A stretch of DNA of 56,667 bases from Rhizaria sp. SCN 62-66 (lineage: Eukaryota). The stretch lies in contig MEDY01000034.1 of the NCBI GenBank assembly GCA_001724265.1, positions 62,001-118,667 of the forward strand, read 5' to 3'. Under the pieces are notes generated by a model. That model was not told the origin of the DNA and did no database searches. It saw only the letters and a program-made list of their open reading frames with translations. The translations under genes were made by a program, and so were the position numbers. Positions 26,201-38,578 of the stretch are shown here, piece after piece (positions within the stretch are counted from its first letter, which is position 1; each line of letters starts with the position of its first letter).

Positions 26201-29200
26201 AGTGTTGAGCACTCGACTCCGCAACAGTCACGGCTGACTTGGCCTGCTCAGCAGCTGCTGCCGTGGCCGAGCTGTGCTTGGCAAGCTCAACCTCTAGTCG
26301 TGCCACGTCTGACCTCAACTGTGCAGCCTCTGCAGTAGCAGCCTGGGCAGCTGCGGCGATCATCTCGCGTACCGTTTTGTTCTCCTCGGACATTGTTTTG
26401 CGCTCTTCTACCGCCGCCGCTGCAACCGCCTCCGCGATTACACTGCGAAACGCAGCTGCCAGTGCATGCGCACCTGGCACTTGAGTCTTGTTTGCGCTCC
26501 TTGCTGCTGTGCTTAAAGCTAATGCAGCTGCTGAGAGCATGACCTTGACGCCCCGCGCGCCGAGTAAAGCAGCGCGCTGGCTCCGAATCCGCGCAGTGTT
26601 GGCTGCAGACTTCGCGGATGCTGCTAATGCGGACACATCTGCAGCTGTTGCAATGATTGTCTCTACCGCGGCACTAACAGTAGAGACACCGTCGCGCACG
26701 GTTAAAGCCGCTGCCTTTGCCTCTGTTGCCACTTCTTGTACAGTTGCAGCAGTTACGTTTGCTGCGGTCAAGTTCTCCATGGCGGTCACTGCAGATGCTG
26801 TTGCAGACGCCGCGCTTTGCGACGCCTCACTAGCAGCCGCTAAAGCTTCACTGTGCATTGACTCACACGCACTTGCACGTTGCTCTACGGCCCCAGCCGT
26901 TGTGCGAACACTTGATATTGCAGCGGCAGCTTCTGTGCGCATAGTTTCTGCGATCGATGACACCTCTCGAGCCGTCGCCTAACACTGCGCAATTGCAGCG
27001 GTGCATTCTGACTGCGCAAGCTTGGCGGCATCGCTGCTTGACTGCGCGAACGCTGCCGCCGATGACGCAGCCGTAGCTGCCGCAGCTAACTCAGCACTGG
27101 CGGTTGCGCCAGTAGCGTTATGGAGTGCGGCTGCAGTTGCCGCTGTCTGTTGCGCTTCCTTGGTTGCTTGTAACGCCGCAGAGGCTGACTCTGCCGCCTG
27201 TGTAGCTGTTGTCGCGGCCTGAGTTGCAATCGCATGTGTAGTCTCTAGCTTTGCAGCGAGCGTGGTGGTGGACTTGCTCGCAGCACTTGCAACCCCAACG
27301 ACAGCGGTGGCCACGGCGGAGACTGCAGGCGCGAGTGTTGCCCTCGCAACCGATGCAATCTTCCCTGGTTGCAATGACTGTCCTAAAGTAAGTGATAGCT
27401 CCTGCTCAACGGCATTAAACGCACTTGAGTCGTTCATAGCAGTCTGCCACTGATCAGCCTTACTGCGGTTAATTGCAATCGTTGTATCGGTGCCGCCCGT
27501 TACCGACGGTGCACTTGAGCTAACTGCCCCGCCTTCAGTAAGCTCTCCCAAAGTTAACGTCATTTTCTGCAACTCGGTCTCACAGCCAGTTATCCTTGTC
27601 ATCAACGCCTGCTCGCTGTCACGCACAGCGTCAAACTGAGCTGTCAACTCGAGTCTTGTGCTGTCACTCTTTCCTTCAATATCATCAACCCTCCGTGTCA
27701 GAGCATCAACGCGGTGCTGAGTCGCTGCATTGGCTGCGGCATTAGCCTCCGCTGCCGCTGTATTTGCAGCGGTGGCGTTTTCCTTGGCGCTCTCAGCCTC
27801 CGTCAAAGCTTTTGTAGCTGCGGCGTGTGCCGCAGCAACTGTAGACTCACAGGATCGTAGATCACCTCTGAGCTTCTCAACGGCCGTCTCTGTAGTGTTT
27901 GACGCTACCTCACATCGCAGTAGACGCGCCTCAGCCCCGGCAACCGCATCTTCGCACATCTGCACAGCTGTCTCGCATTTGCTTGCACGCGTCCCAGCGT
28001 CGGCAGCCAGCCGCTCGCAGTCGCCGCTGCGGAGGCTGAAATCCGCAAGACGCGGCTGTAACGCGGCGTACTGCGCCTCGGCAGCTGCGGCGGCAGCGCG
28101 GGCACTGGTCGCATCAGATGCAGCGGTTGTCGCGGTCTCAGAAACTGTGGCAAGGGTGTTGGAGAGTTCCTCAAGCTGGCTAACAATGTTGAGCATTACG
28201 CTTGTTGTCTGCGAAGTCACTGCCTCAGTTGCACGCACGCCTCGGTTTGCAGACATCCCTGTAAGTGTTTCATCATCGCTGTTGGCAGAATCAATGGTTG
28301 TGGGTTGGAAACGCGAAATGACTGTCATCATGGCCGTTGCTGTTGCCGTTAGCTTTGCAGCCGCTGTTCCCAGATCCTGCATCTTGATACTCTCCACAGC
28401 GGCACTTGTCGTTTGCGCCTGCTGCTTACGCACAGAGCTGATGTTCCTCTCGCATGCGCTGACGCGCGCAACGCAGACGCGCACGCGTTCAGCCAACGCC
28501 AGCCACGCCTGCGGGTCTCCAAACGCGAGTCCCGGCGCCGTGAGCGCGAGTGGCGCTGAGGGTGCGAAGTAGTCGCCGCTCGCCAGCACTCGCGCTGCGG
28601 CAGCAGATGCGGCAGCGACCGGTCCGCCATAGCTGTCTTCGTCGCTTGCGCCCTCGGTGTCACCGGCACCGTCGTCGTCAATTGACGAAGATGACGGCGA
28701 CGAGGGTGACACAAGGCTGGCAGCATTCCCGGCGCGCTCGCGCCTTCGCTTGGTACGCATTGCAAACGCGTCGGCGGTGTTGTCTGAGCCGCCGATAGCG
28801 GCAGCTTCATCGAGATCAGGGCTCATAAACATCGCTAGGCGCGCCCGCGCAATAGCGTCAGGTGCAGCCATAATCCCAATCCCCCCAGCTGTGACTTCCT
28901 CTATCACAACGCTTGCACCCGCACCGCCCTTGCTCTTTGCATCACCCTTGTCCCTGCTCCCCCCAGTCGCTGCACGCTTGCTGCTGCTCATTCGCTCGCG
29001 CGTGACAGCCTCAACCGCTGCAGCAGCCCCGCCCAACGCTGCAACTAGTGGCAGTAGCGAAGCCACAAGTCCGGAGCTTGCTTCTGCAGTGGCCGACGCC
29101 GACGCTGACGCCGACGCACTGCTACTGCGACTGCCGGCCGATGAAGCGGCGGGGCGTGCAGCCTGGGCTGCTGCGGGTGCAGCAAGAGCCTCAAACGCCA

Positions 29201-30041
29201 GCTGTTCCTGTAAAGCCATGCGCAACGCAGTGAGAGTTGTGGCAGCCTCCGAGCTACCAGGCGGAGCTGTGGCGGCGGCAGTGGCGGCTTTGGTCAGCGA
29301 TGACGGCATTGGCGCTGTTAGAAAGCGAGTCGCACCAGGAAACAGGCGCTGGTGCGGTGGAACTGCGGGGACTTGTGGGCCGCGTGTGTGTTGCGCCTGG
29401 CGATAGTGTTGCGGTTGTTGCTGGTATGGCTGCTGCTGATACGAGTAGATGTTCCCTGTATTGCTGTTGTTTTCAGTGCTGTAAGGTAGGTACGCCATGC
29501 GGGACGACTGCATGGCGCGCACAAACTCGGTGTGAGATGTTGCAGGCTAATGCTGTGGCGGCGGACTGGCCTGGGAAGAAGGCATGGCTGTGTTATGATA
29601 AGGCTTTGCTCCTGGAGGAAGTCCGCCGCGTTCAGCAAGGTACGAGGCAGGTGTCCTGATGAAACCTTGTGCAGGCTGAACCAAAAGTTCGAAATGCAAA
29701 GTAAAAGTATTCCTTCAAGTTAGGCACTGCTAAAAGCTAAAACAAAACCCAGGAGTAAACTTGCACAGATTACAACAACAACAAAAACTTACCTGTGATT
29801 GTGAGAACTGAGTGAACCCGTCGTGTTGGGGTGGGGGCGAGTAATCGTCCCGGTACATACCGCCATGCTGCGAGCGCGGATAGCCTTGCGAGAGCGGCGG
29901 GGCAGTAGGACTAGCTTGAGATAAGCCCCTGTACTGGGAGAGTGGAGGCGCTTGCGATTGAGAGATGTCTGTATAACGAGAATATTGGTCCTGCCCTTGA
30001 GTCAGTGGCAGCCAGTTTCCATCCTGATCTCGGCCGTCCAT
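23277..30041 (-). CDS. Uncharacterised ~2215-aa protein: SQ/TQ-rich N-terminus, Ala-rich coiled-coil centre, disordered C-terminus; 2 exons; 2 in-frame TAG codons
   Basis: Exon 1 is 30041-29793, intron 29792-29676 (GTAAGT...TTCAG, phase 0), exon 2 is 29675-23277. TAG at 29547-49 (SPPPQH*PATSH) and 26979-81 (AAIAQC*ATAREVSS). Ends in TGA 23277-79. Confidence 0.72.
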
Positions 30042-30239
30042 TCTGCGGACGGGAGAGAGGCTAGTAGGGACTTGAATAAATACAAAAATTAGATTTAGTG
30101 ATCAAGAAGAGAAAATATAAATCGTTCTTGTTATGTATCGGTCTCTTCAAGTTGATTCGTTATTTTTGTTTAAGTCGTCACAAGGCGCGAACACCAGTTT
30201 GCGTTTCACCACAAACGCACTGCACTGAGCAACCGCATA

Positions 30240-33200
30240 TTATGCGGCGCCATTCTCCTTGAACTTCTTGTAGCACACCATCATAGCTTCACGTCCTAGA
30301 ATCAAGCAGTGCTCATCGCCCTCCTCGCCATCCGCGCACTGCTGGAGCCACTTCATCCAATCAGAGACTTGCTCCGACAGCTCTTGCTCCAACATCTCGA
30401 ACGAGAGCGTGTCCGCGACGGTGATGAATGCCACAATCGCGGCGCGGCGAATCGTCGCCTCGGTGTGCGTCCTCGCCGCAAGGGCAGCGTCCATCAAATC
30501 ACGGCTCATCGCCGCGGCGTCCGCGCAGAAGGGCCCCGCCGCGAGCACAAACACCGACAGCGTGTGGATGGTGCGCGACAGCAGCATCGGGTCCTGCGAC
30601 AGCATCGTGGCGTGGTTCACCCCGCCCATCAGCGTGTCCAGCCCCAGCGCGGCGCCCTCCTGGTCCTCCGCAATCTCGCCCGCCGCGAGCAGGAGCTCGC
30701 GCTGGCGCCGCGCGACGCGCTGCTGGCGGACGTAGCCCATGTCGACTTTGCCCCAGATGCGGAGGAAAAAGCACCGATACGCGACCGGGGCGAACTTGTT
30801 CACGCCCACAGTCGCGTTGCGATTGCGCATGGCCGCGGAGGCGGTGAGCGTACGGCGGGTCGTCTTGGCCTCAATGCCCCAGCGCGCAACGGCGGCGCGC
30901 TCGGTTGGCGTGAGCTGAGACGCGTTCAGTGCAACACTATTGGACCGCGTCGCAGCTGTAGTGCTCGGTGGTGCGGGACTTGAGCTGCTGTCGGAGGATG
31001 TCGTTGCAGGTACAACGCTCTTGATCGCAGATGGCCCAGACCTAGCGGTTTTGTGGCTCGCTGCGTCCGCTGTTTCCACAGACTCAATCATCGTCACAAG
31101 CGCGCTCCGCCTCTCGCCCAGCAGCCCCGTCGCCGCCGCGCCACTCGCGCCTGCGCCCGCACTCGCGCCCGTCGCGCCGGCGGGGTCGAGCTGCGCGAGC
31201 TCGTGCGCCGCGGCCGCCATCGCGTCGAGGATATCGAGTCGGTCCTGCATCGAACGCGTGGACGAGACGAGCTCGCCGGCCAGCGCAGCGGTCACGGGCG
31301 CGGGCGCGGCGACCACGGCGGCCACCAGCGCGCGCGCGCGGGCGTGGACGACGTTGGGGCCCGGCGCGGGGATGACGGACGAGGAGCCGAGTCCGACGAG
31401 CGCCATCACGGCCTCGCGGAGCAGCGGCACGACATCGAGCGCGGTGACCGCGGCCACCGGCGCGCTGCCGCCGGCGTGACCGGCAGCGGCAGAGCGGGCA
31501 GCGGCGGGGTTCGAGGCGCGGATTAGGCCCTCTGCGACGGTGAGCGCGGCGAGCACTGCGCCGCGGTCCTGGCCCTGGAGCGCGAGCGCAAACGCGCGGA
31601 GGGTGCGCGGCACAGGGTGCTTGCGGAGGTCGCGTGCGTCGTCGAACAGCGAAAACGAAGGCAGGGATAACGCTGCTTCACCGTTGTCATCATCATCCTC
31701 GACAACCGCATTTTGTGTCGCATCTTTAGCTGCAGGGCGTGAGGTTGCTTCAGGAGCGCTCGAGATGGGAGTAGGAAACGCCTTTAGGATGCGTGCGCGG
31801 AGCTTAGCAGGGTAAGCCTTCGCCAAAACATTGCGCGCATCGCCAGTGTCGACACCAGCAGACTGCAGTAGTGCCTCAAGCTTCGCAACTTGGCCTTCAA
31901 ACGAGATTAACGAGCCTAGCGCATCTTCATCACCACCATACTCGTCGTCATCCTCATCCTCGTCGTCAAAGTCACTCAAGTCACTGTCAGAAGGGAACAG
32001 TGGCCCCTCGCTATCCGGAGCGTCCTTACCAACAGTCAAATCAATAACTCCATCATCCGGGTTCTTCGTGACAGCGCTGCCGCTCTTTGCAGCTGCCGCG
32101 GCCGCCTTCCCGCGCGCCGCCAAATACATCGCCTTGCCTGTCTGTCGCTCGCTCTGCCGCTTCTTCTTCTTCTGCTCAGCCGTAGCCTCCGCGCTGAGAG
32201 CCACGGCGGCGAGCGCGGGCGCGGCGCGCGGCACGCACGGCACGCCGCGCAGCAGCACGGCCCACGCCGGCGCGGGCAGCAGCACGGGCCGCGCGCTCGT
32301 CGCGCGGGGCACCGCGCCCGACGCGGCGCCCATCGCGGCCGACACGGGGTCCGAGGCCCCGGCATGCGCGACGGCGACCGCGGGCGCGGGCAGCAGGTCC
32401 GTCGCGGTCAGCCAGAGTCCGGCGGACAGCTGGCGCGCGGCGCGGAGCTCCTCCACGGTGCCCGCAGCGCGCGCCACCGTGTCGTCCTCGTCGGCAGCCG
32501 CGAACGCATCGTCGTCAGTCAGCGCAAGCGCCTCAGAACTCGCTGTTGCAGCGTTGGCGTTGGTAGAGTTCGTGGTGTTGTCGCTGGGAGCGCGTGCGAG
32601 CGGGGCCGTCAGCGTGGCAACCTTGGGCAGAAGGGCAAGCGAATGCGCTTGCGTGGCGCCCGCAATCGCAAACATGCGCTGCACCGGCGACGCGAGCCTC
32701 GCCAGCGGCGGCCGGCTCTTCGGGCTGGCGTACGCCGCAGCAACCGCGGGGGCGAGCGGGGCGGCGGCCAGCGAGGGCGCGCCGGGGCACAGTAACGACA
32801 GCGCGTGGTCCGGGTCCGCAAGCGCCGCAAACGCTTCCGCAACGGCCATGGCGAGGCCGCGGCGCAGCGGCGACGGGGACGACATGAAGGCCTGCACGCC
32901 CCCCATCAGCGGCGCCACGCACGGGTGCGAGAGGAACGGAGACGCGGACGGCGCGTCGGCCGCGGGGGGCGCGGCGGGGCGCACAGTGGCGCTCGATATG
33001 GCCGCAGAAACAGCGGTGAGCGAAAGAGCACCCGTCACGCCCTTGCTCTGCGCAAAAGGAACGGAACCGTGAGCGCGAGCAGCAAAACGGCGCTGCGTGA
33101 CCGCAAGCAGCAGAAGCACAGTCTGTGTCCGCTGCTTGAACAGAGCGTCCTCGCCGCGCATCGCCGCAGCGCCGGACACCGCTCCCGCACCCGCGGCGGG

Positions 33201-36200
33201 CGGCTGCGTGGCCCAAGTCTTGGCGGCGTGCAGCAGCACAGTGTCAAGCAGGTGTGTGTGCGACGGCGCCGCCGCTGCCATCGCGGCGGCAGCCGCGGTA
33301 GTAGGCGTCGCTGTTGTCTGCAGCGGCAGCGGAGGCAGAGTCATCACCCACGCCTCAGCAGGCTTGCCAGCGTCAGCGCCACCGGCGTCGGCGTCGCTGT
33401 CTTCGTCGCCGTCCTCGATCACGACAATCTTCGCCGGGGCTGGCGCAGGCTTCGGCTTGGCCGCCGCCTTGGTGGCTGGGGACATTGGCATCAGCTTCGC
33501 AGTGAACATCGCACGCGTTTTGTCGCTCGAGCTCGCAACCGCAAACGCTGCCAACACCGCCGCCATGTCGCTTGCAGCCGCCACGGCAGCCACGTGCGCC
33601 GACAGCCGCGCCGTCATCGACGACAGCGACGCCGAGAGTCCCGCGCCGGCGCCGGAAGCCAGTCCCGCGCCCGCGCCGGCGGCGGCCGCGGCCGAGACGG
33701 CGGACGCCGCGACGCCCGCGACCGCGACGGCGCCGAGCGCGGTGGCGGCCTGGCCGGCGCCCGTCTGCGCGGCGCTGAGCACGGCGCCGGGGCCGCGGGC
33801 GGAGACTGCAGGCGCCGGCGGTGGCGCGAGGTGCGCGGTGACGGTGAGGCGCGCGAGGGCCGCGCGGGTGGCCTGGGTAGCGGGCGACACGCGCTCGAGC
33901 AGGGAGAGCAGCACAAGGCCAGGGGCGGCGCGCGGGGACAGCAGAGCGGACTGGACGTCAGTCCCTGCAGTTGCACTCCGCGGCGCTGACTTTTCCTTTA
34001 CACTGCCTGGGCTGCGGATAAAGCCAGCCGTGATCGCGGGGAGAGACAGGAGAGGATGTAACGATAGCAGCAAGCGTAGGGTAAGCGGCAACGACAAAGA
34101 AGCATTTGCGCTTTGCGCACATTGATGTTGTTGTGTGTAAGCATTCGCAATCAGCGCCCAATGGTTGTCGTCTGCTGGCGAAGTCGCATCTTGGACAAAA
34201 GCAGGCAGTAGGAAGAACGCGAATACAGAGCGGACAATGTGCTGCGTTCCTGCCAATGAGAACGGTGCTGATGACAGTGCATGTAATGAGCTCTGTACTG
34301 CTGCGTTACTGTGATCGGGCAAGTTGGACGCTGTTGCCGTGAACAGAGGCAGAGAAAGTGCAACAACGCCAGAAGCAGGCGCAACCTCGGTCGTTGTCGG
34401 CGAGCTCAGGACCAAAACATAGCTTGCGCTCTGACGTTGCTTGCTTTCGTTGGCCTCGCGACTGGAGATATTGCTGTTCTTCTTGTTTTGTTGACGCACA
34501 GCAACGGAAGCAATGAACGGGTTATAGCACGACAGGTGCATGCCATAACCCGAGTTTACGCTCTCGACAGCGTTGCTCACAGCAACGTTGCTACTCCTTG
34601 TGGCAGAACCAGTGGGGAATGCAGGCACAAGCGAGTCGCCCGCGGCCGCGGCAGCAGCGACAGTAAGCATCGTCGCCAGCAGCGCGTCTGCCTTTGACGG
34701 CGGCAGCATGTACACGCTTGCCCGCAAACAACGCAGCACCAGAGCAGCAGGCGCGGCCATTGTTGTGCGAGTGGAGCTTGGGTTCGCGTCGACGGTATCG
34801 TCAGTGACGGTGACGCCGAGCAAAGACGGGTCAAGCGAGCTCGGCATCGCGGCAGCAAGCCATTGCCGCAACTGCCACAGCGGCAGCTGCATAGCAGCCT
34901 CCGCCTCGGCAGCAGCCATGTTGTCCTCAGCAGCACCACTAGTGCTATTACTGTTCGCAAGCAGTGCCTGCGAGCTGAGCGACTGCGAGCGCAGCGCGGA
35001 CACCGGCGCTCCGAGCACCTTAAGCGCTGCGTCGCGCGACAGGGGGTCCAGCCGCAGCACGTGCTCCAGCGACGCCGCCGCCGACTGCGCGGCGGACTGC
35101 GCGGTAGACTGCGTGGCGGACTGCGTGGCGCAGTCCGAGGCGGATGACGCAAGGCGCGTGCAGGCAAGAGTGCGCGCAAACAAAGACGCGGCAAGCAGCG
35201 GCGTTTGGCCGTGAGTTGCCAAGCGAGTGAGCGTAAGTGCGGACGCAGTGAGCGCTGCTGCAGCGAGCGCGAGAGCGCCAGAGGCGGCGCCGGTGCTAAC
35301 GTTCGCGCTGTTGATGCTGTCAGTGGCGCCCTTGTCGCTCTTGTTGCCGTTCGTGTTGCGCGGGGCTGTGAGTGCGGTTGCAGCAAGTCCAGCCAACTCC
35401 CACGCGCTGGAAGCCAACGCGGCAAACACCAGCGGCCGCGACAGTGCCAACGGCACAGAGCAGCGCACATCACTAGCGCTATGAGAACTAGGACTCGCTC
35501 CGCTGGCGCTGCTGCTTGCGCTGTTGCACGGAATGTACGCGCGATCTAAGCCGGGGTACAACGCGCCCAGCGCCAGCGCAGACGTGGAGGCCGCGGACCG
35601 CGCGCGCGCCGGACGCTGCTGGTGCTGCAAGAGCTCCCGCCAGTGCGCTGAGCAGAGTGCCAGCGTGCCGGCGCCGGGTGTAATTGTGGCCGGAGTGAAA
35701 GCCGAGTCATTGCGCTCAGACTGCAAACTCACCGACTGTGCTTCATCAGAAGGCGGCTGTGAGTCGTCGCGGAGAGATTGCGGGTCGTCGAGGTATGCCT
35801 CCAGCGCGGCGGCCAGCGCGGCGGCGGGCGGCACGTGCGGGCCGCGAAACACTGCGGCCAGCCGGTCCGGCAGCGACGCCAGCGCGGTCAGCAGCCGCGC
35901 AAAGGGCGCCGCGGCAGGTGCGAGCTGTGCGTGCAGGCACGCACGGGTCACTGCGGCCGAGGCGGCCGAGGCAGCCGAGCCCGATGCAGCCGAGGACGCC
36001 GAAGCCGACGCCGACGCCGACGTCGCCGTCGACGTCGCCGCCGCCGATGGCGCTGAGGCGGGAGCGCGGGGGGCGCCGAGAACCCTGCTGTGGCGGACGC
36101 TGGCGCTCGGGGCGCTTTCCTCAGCGGCGCTTGCCGCCTTCGCAGCAGCAGCAGCGGCGGCGGCGGCAGCGGCAGCAGTGTCAGGCGTTGCGACCAAGGC

Positions 36201-38064
36201 GGTCGCAATCGCGCCGAGCTCGTGCTGAATTGACCTGCGGACGTCGGTGCCGCGGTTGCTGCCACTCGCCGCCGTCGCAGCGGCGCGCAGTGAGGTGGCA
36301 GCAGCGGTCGCGGCGAGCGCGGCGAGCGCGCGCGTGACTGGAGAGACAGCGGACACCGGCGCGGTCGCACCAGCGGCAGCAGTCGGATCACTGGTAGCTT
36401 CATCCGCCACTGAAGCGGAGGCAGACGGCGATGCAAACGCGTGGATGAGCAAGGACAGCAGAGTGGTGTAGTAAGCGGCCTCGCCAGCCGGCGTGAGCAG
36501 CACGCGCGGGGCGGCGGGGACCGCGGTGGCGGCGCCGGCCACAGCGGCAGCGACTGCGGCGGTGGCGGCGGCGACGGCGAGCGCCATCGCGTCCGTGTGC
36601 AGCGGCGAGCCCGTGACAGACACAGCCGTGATGCCAGAGCTGCTGCTGCCGGCCGGCGCGCTCGACGTAGTTGCTGTAGACGGCGTGGCGGCACTCACGC
36701 CGTACTGCTGGAGCAAGCGCGTCAGCGTGATGTGCAGGCGACCGTGGGCCAGGTGGGTGTACTCCAAGTGACTGTGAGCACTCTCGGCATCGCCACCATC
36801 GCCGGAGTCGCCGTCACCAGCCGGGCCACCGGCCTCGCCCGATCCGTCAGCAGAGCCCGGCTTAGCGCCGCGGCGCTTGCTCGCGCGATCTGACGTGAAA
36901 GACGCCGCAGCGACTGCGCTCGCGGACACTGTGGGGAACAACGAGTGCAAGCGCACAATCGGCACTGCGACAACGCTCTCACTCGCGCTCGCATTCGCAT
37001 TCGCACTGGAGCTGTTGATGTTGCTGCTGCTGTTGCTGCTGTTGTTGTGGCTGGAAGTGACCGTGGGCAGCGCGAAGAGCGCGGGTCGGGGCGCGAACAG
37101 CGCCTCGGGCCCCGCGCGCGGGGGCAGCAGCGTGCCGCTGCGGGCCGCGGCGAAGGCCGTAGCGGCCGCGGGGGCGGTGGGCGCGAGCGGCGCGGCGAGG
37201 GAGCAGAGGTGCAGCAGCGCGGCGGGCAGCGGGGACTGGGTGGCGGCGGGGGAGCTCGAGGTAGTCGGATCGGCGCGATTGTTGTTGCCTTGGGCGAGGG
37301 AAGAAAGAGGCGGGTCGCAGAGAGTGCGCAAGAAAGTGATCACGGGCGTGGTCGTGACGAGAGACGGGAAACGCAACAGCGACTGTACAATGGAGAAAGG
37401 AGGGTTGAGGCAGAGCGCGACACAGAGTTGCGTGAGAAATAAAGCAGCAGTGTAGCGGTGTTAGTAGCACAAAGATATGACGCGGTAGGATTGCTGATGT
37501 TAACAACAAACGTACCGAGTGGAAGATTAAGTCAAGTGTGTTTGTCAGCAACTCATCGTAGAACACCGCGATCACCGCAGGCGACAACATGCTGAGGCTG
37601 CTCCTGCTTGTTGCAGAGGTGCTGTCGCTCTCGTGCACTGCACTCATGTTGCGAGTGCTGCTCGCGCTGGCGGACGCGGAAATGCCCCGCATGGACACAA
37701 TATCAATCTCGTCGACACTGCTAGTCTGTATGTTCGTCGCTCCGGTGTTCGCAGAGAGCGCACTGCCATCGCTCGACCCGCTGAAGCTAGAGCTCGAGGG
37801 CTCGTCATCGACTATCTCGATCAGTGGACGCGGCGTGGGAGCGCTGGGATTAGCTAGTACTGCAGTGGCAACAGTCGGCGTGGCCGCCTGTGTTGGGGCC
37901 AGCGTCTGCGCGCGCTCAAGAAATGGGAATTTGACATGGTGTGAAGGCGGGATGAGCAGGCTCTGGAGCTGTGACAGTGCCTCGGTCGCGGCAGCGGCTG
38001 AGCGGGCATCCGCGAGCATGCGCAAGGCATCGGCCAGCGCCCGCATTCCAGCCGTAGTGGCCAT
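30240..38064 (-). CDS. TELO2: Telomere length regulation protein TEL2/TELO2 (TTT PIKK co-chaperone), greatly expanded (~2563 aa), 2 exons
   Basis: Exon 1 is 38064-37516, intron 37515-37383 (GTACGT...TACAG), exon 2 is 37382-30240 ending in TAA. C-terminal TEL2-like motifs: acidic SDSDLSDFDDED; PVPRTLRAFALAL...ALTVAEGLIR; SMQDRLDILDAMAAAAHELA; NKFAPVAYRCFF; DPMLLSRTIHTL; RTHTEATIRRAAIVAF. Confidence 0.8.
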
Positions 38065-38578
38065 AGAAATCTTAAGGAGTGCGTTCGTGGCCGCTGCTGA
38101 TGACTGGAGGAATGGGAAGGCTGGAGGAACGAGAAGATTCGGAGAGATGGGATGTTAGCGCAATGTAGATAACGACGTGGAACTTCCGTGTTTAGTAAGA
38201 TAATTTCGATTCCCAAATACAGTGCCTTAATTTCTAACTTATCATAAAATTATACTTCTGCAAGGCAACAAAACGAGGTTCATAATCATTTGTAAAAGCT
38301 TGGCTTGCTCGAGCTGTCTCGACTAGCGCGATGCCGCACTGCAAACCACAACCTCGCCACCCAACAAATAAATGCGTCTAAACCTTTACAACGCACATAT
38401 CTCAAGAAATAACACTTAAATACATGTAGATTCAAGTACGAAAATTTGGTTGATGTATGTAACAAATGTTGATATCAAGAAATACACTACGTAGTATGCC
38501 TAAACTGACCCTCATATCACAACAAGGTTGGCTGTTGCTTATTTCCTTATTCGCAGCTGTCGTGCGCAGTCGCGCACT

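Noticed and set aside
1002-30041. Pseudogenes or sequencing errors explaining the split ORFs
   Set aside because: All nine interruptions are TAG, with no TAA, TGA or frameshift. Random decay or error would not be codon-specific. Read-level confirmation is still needed.
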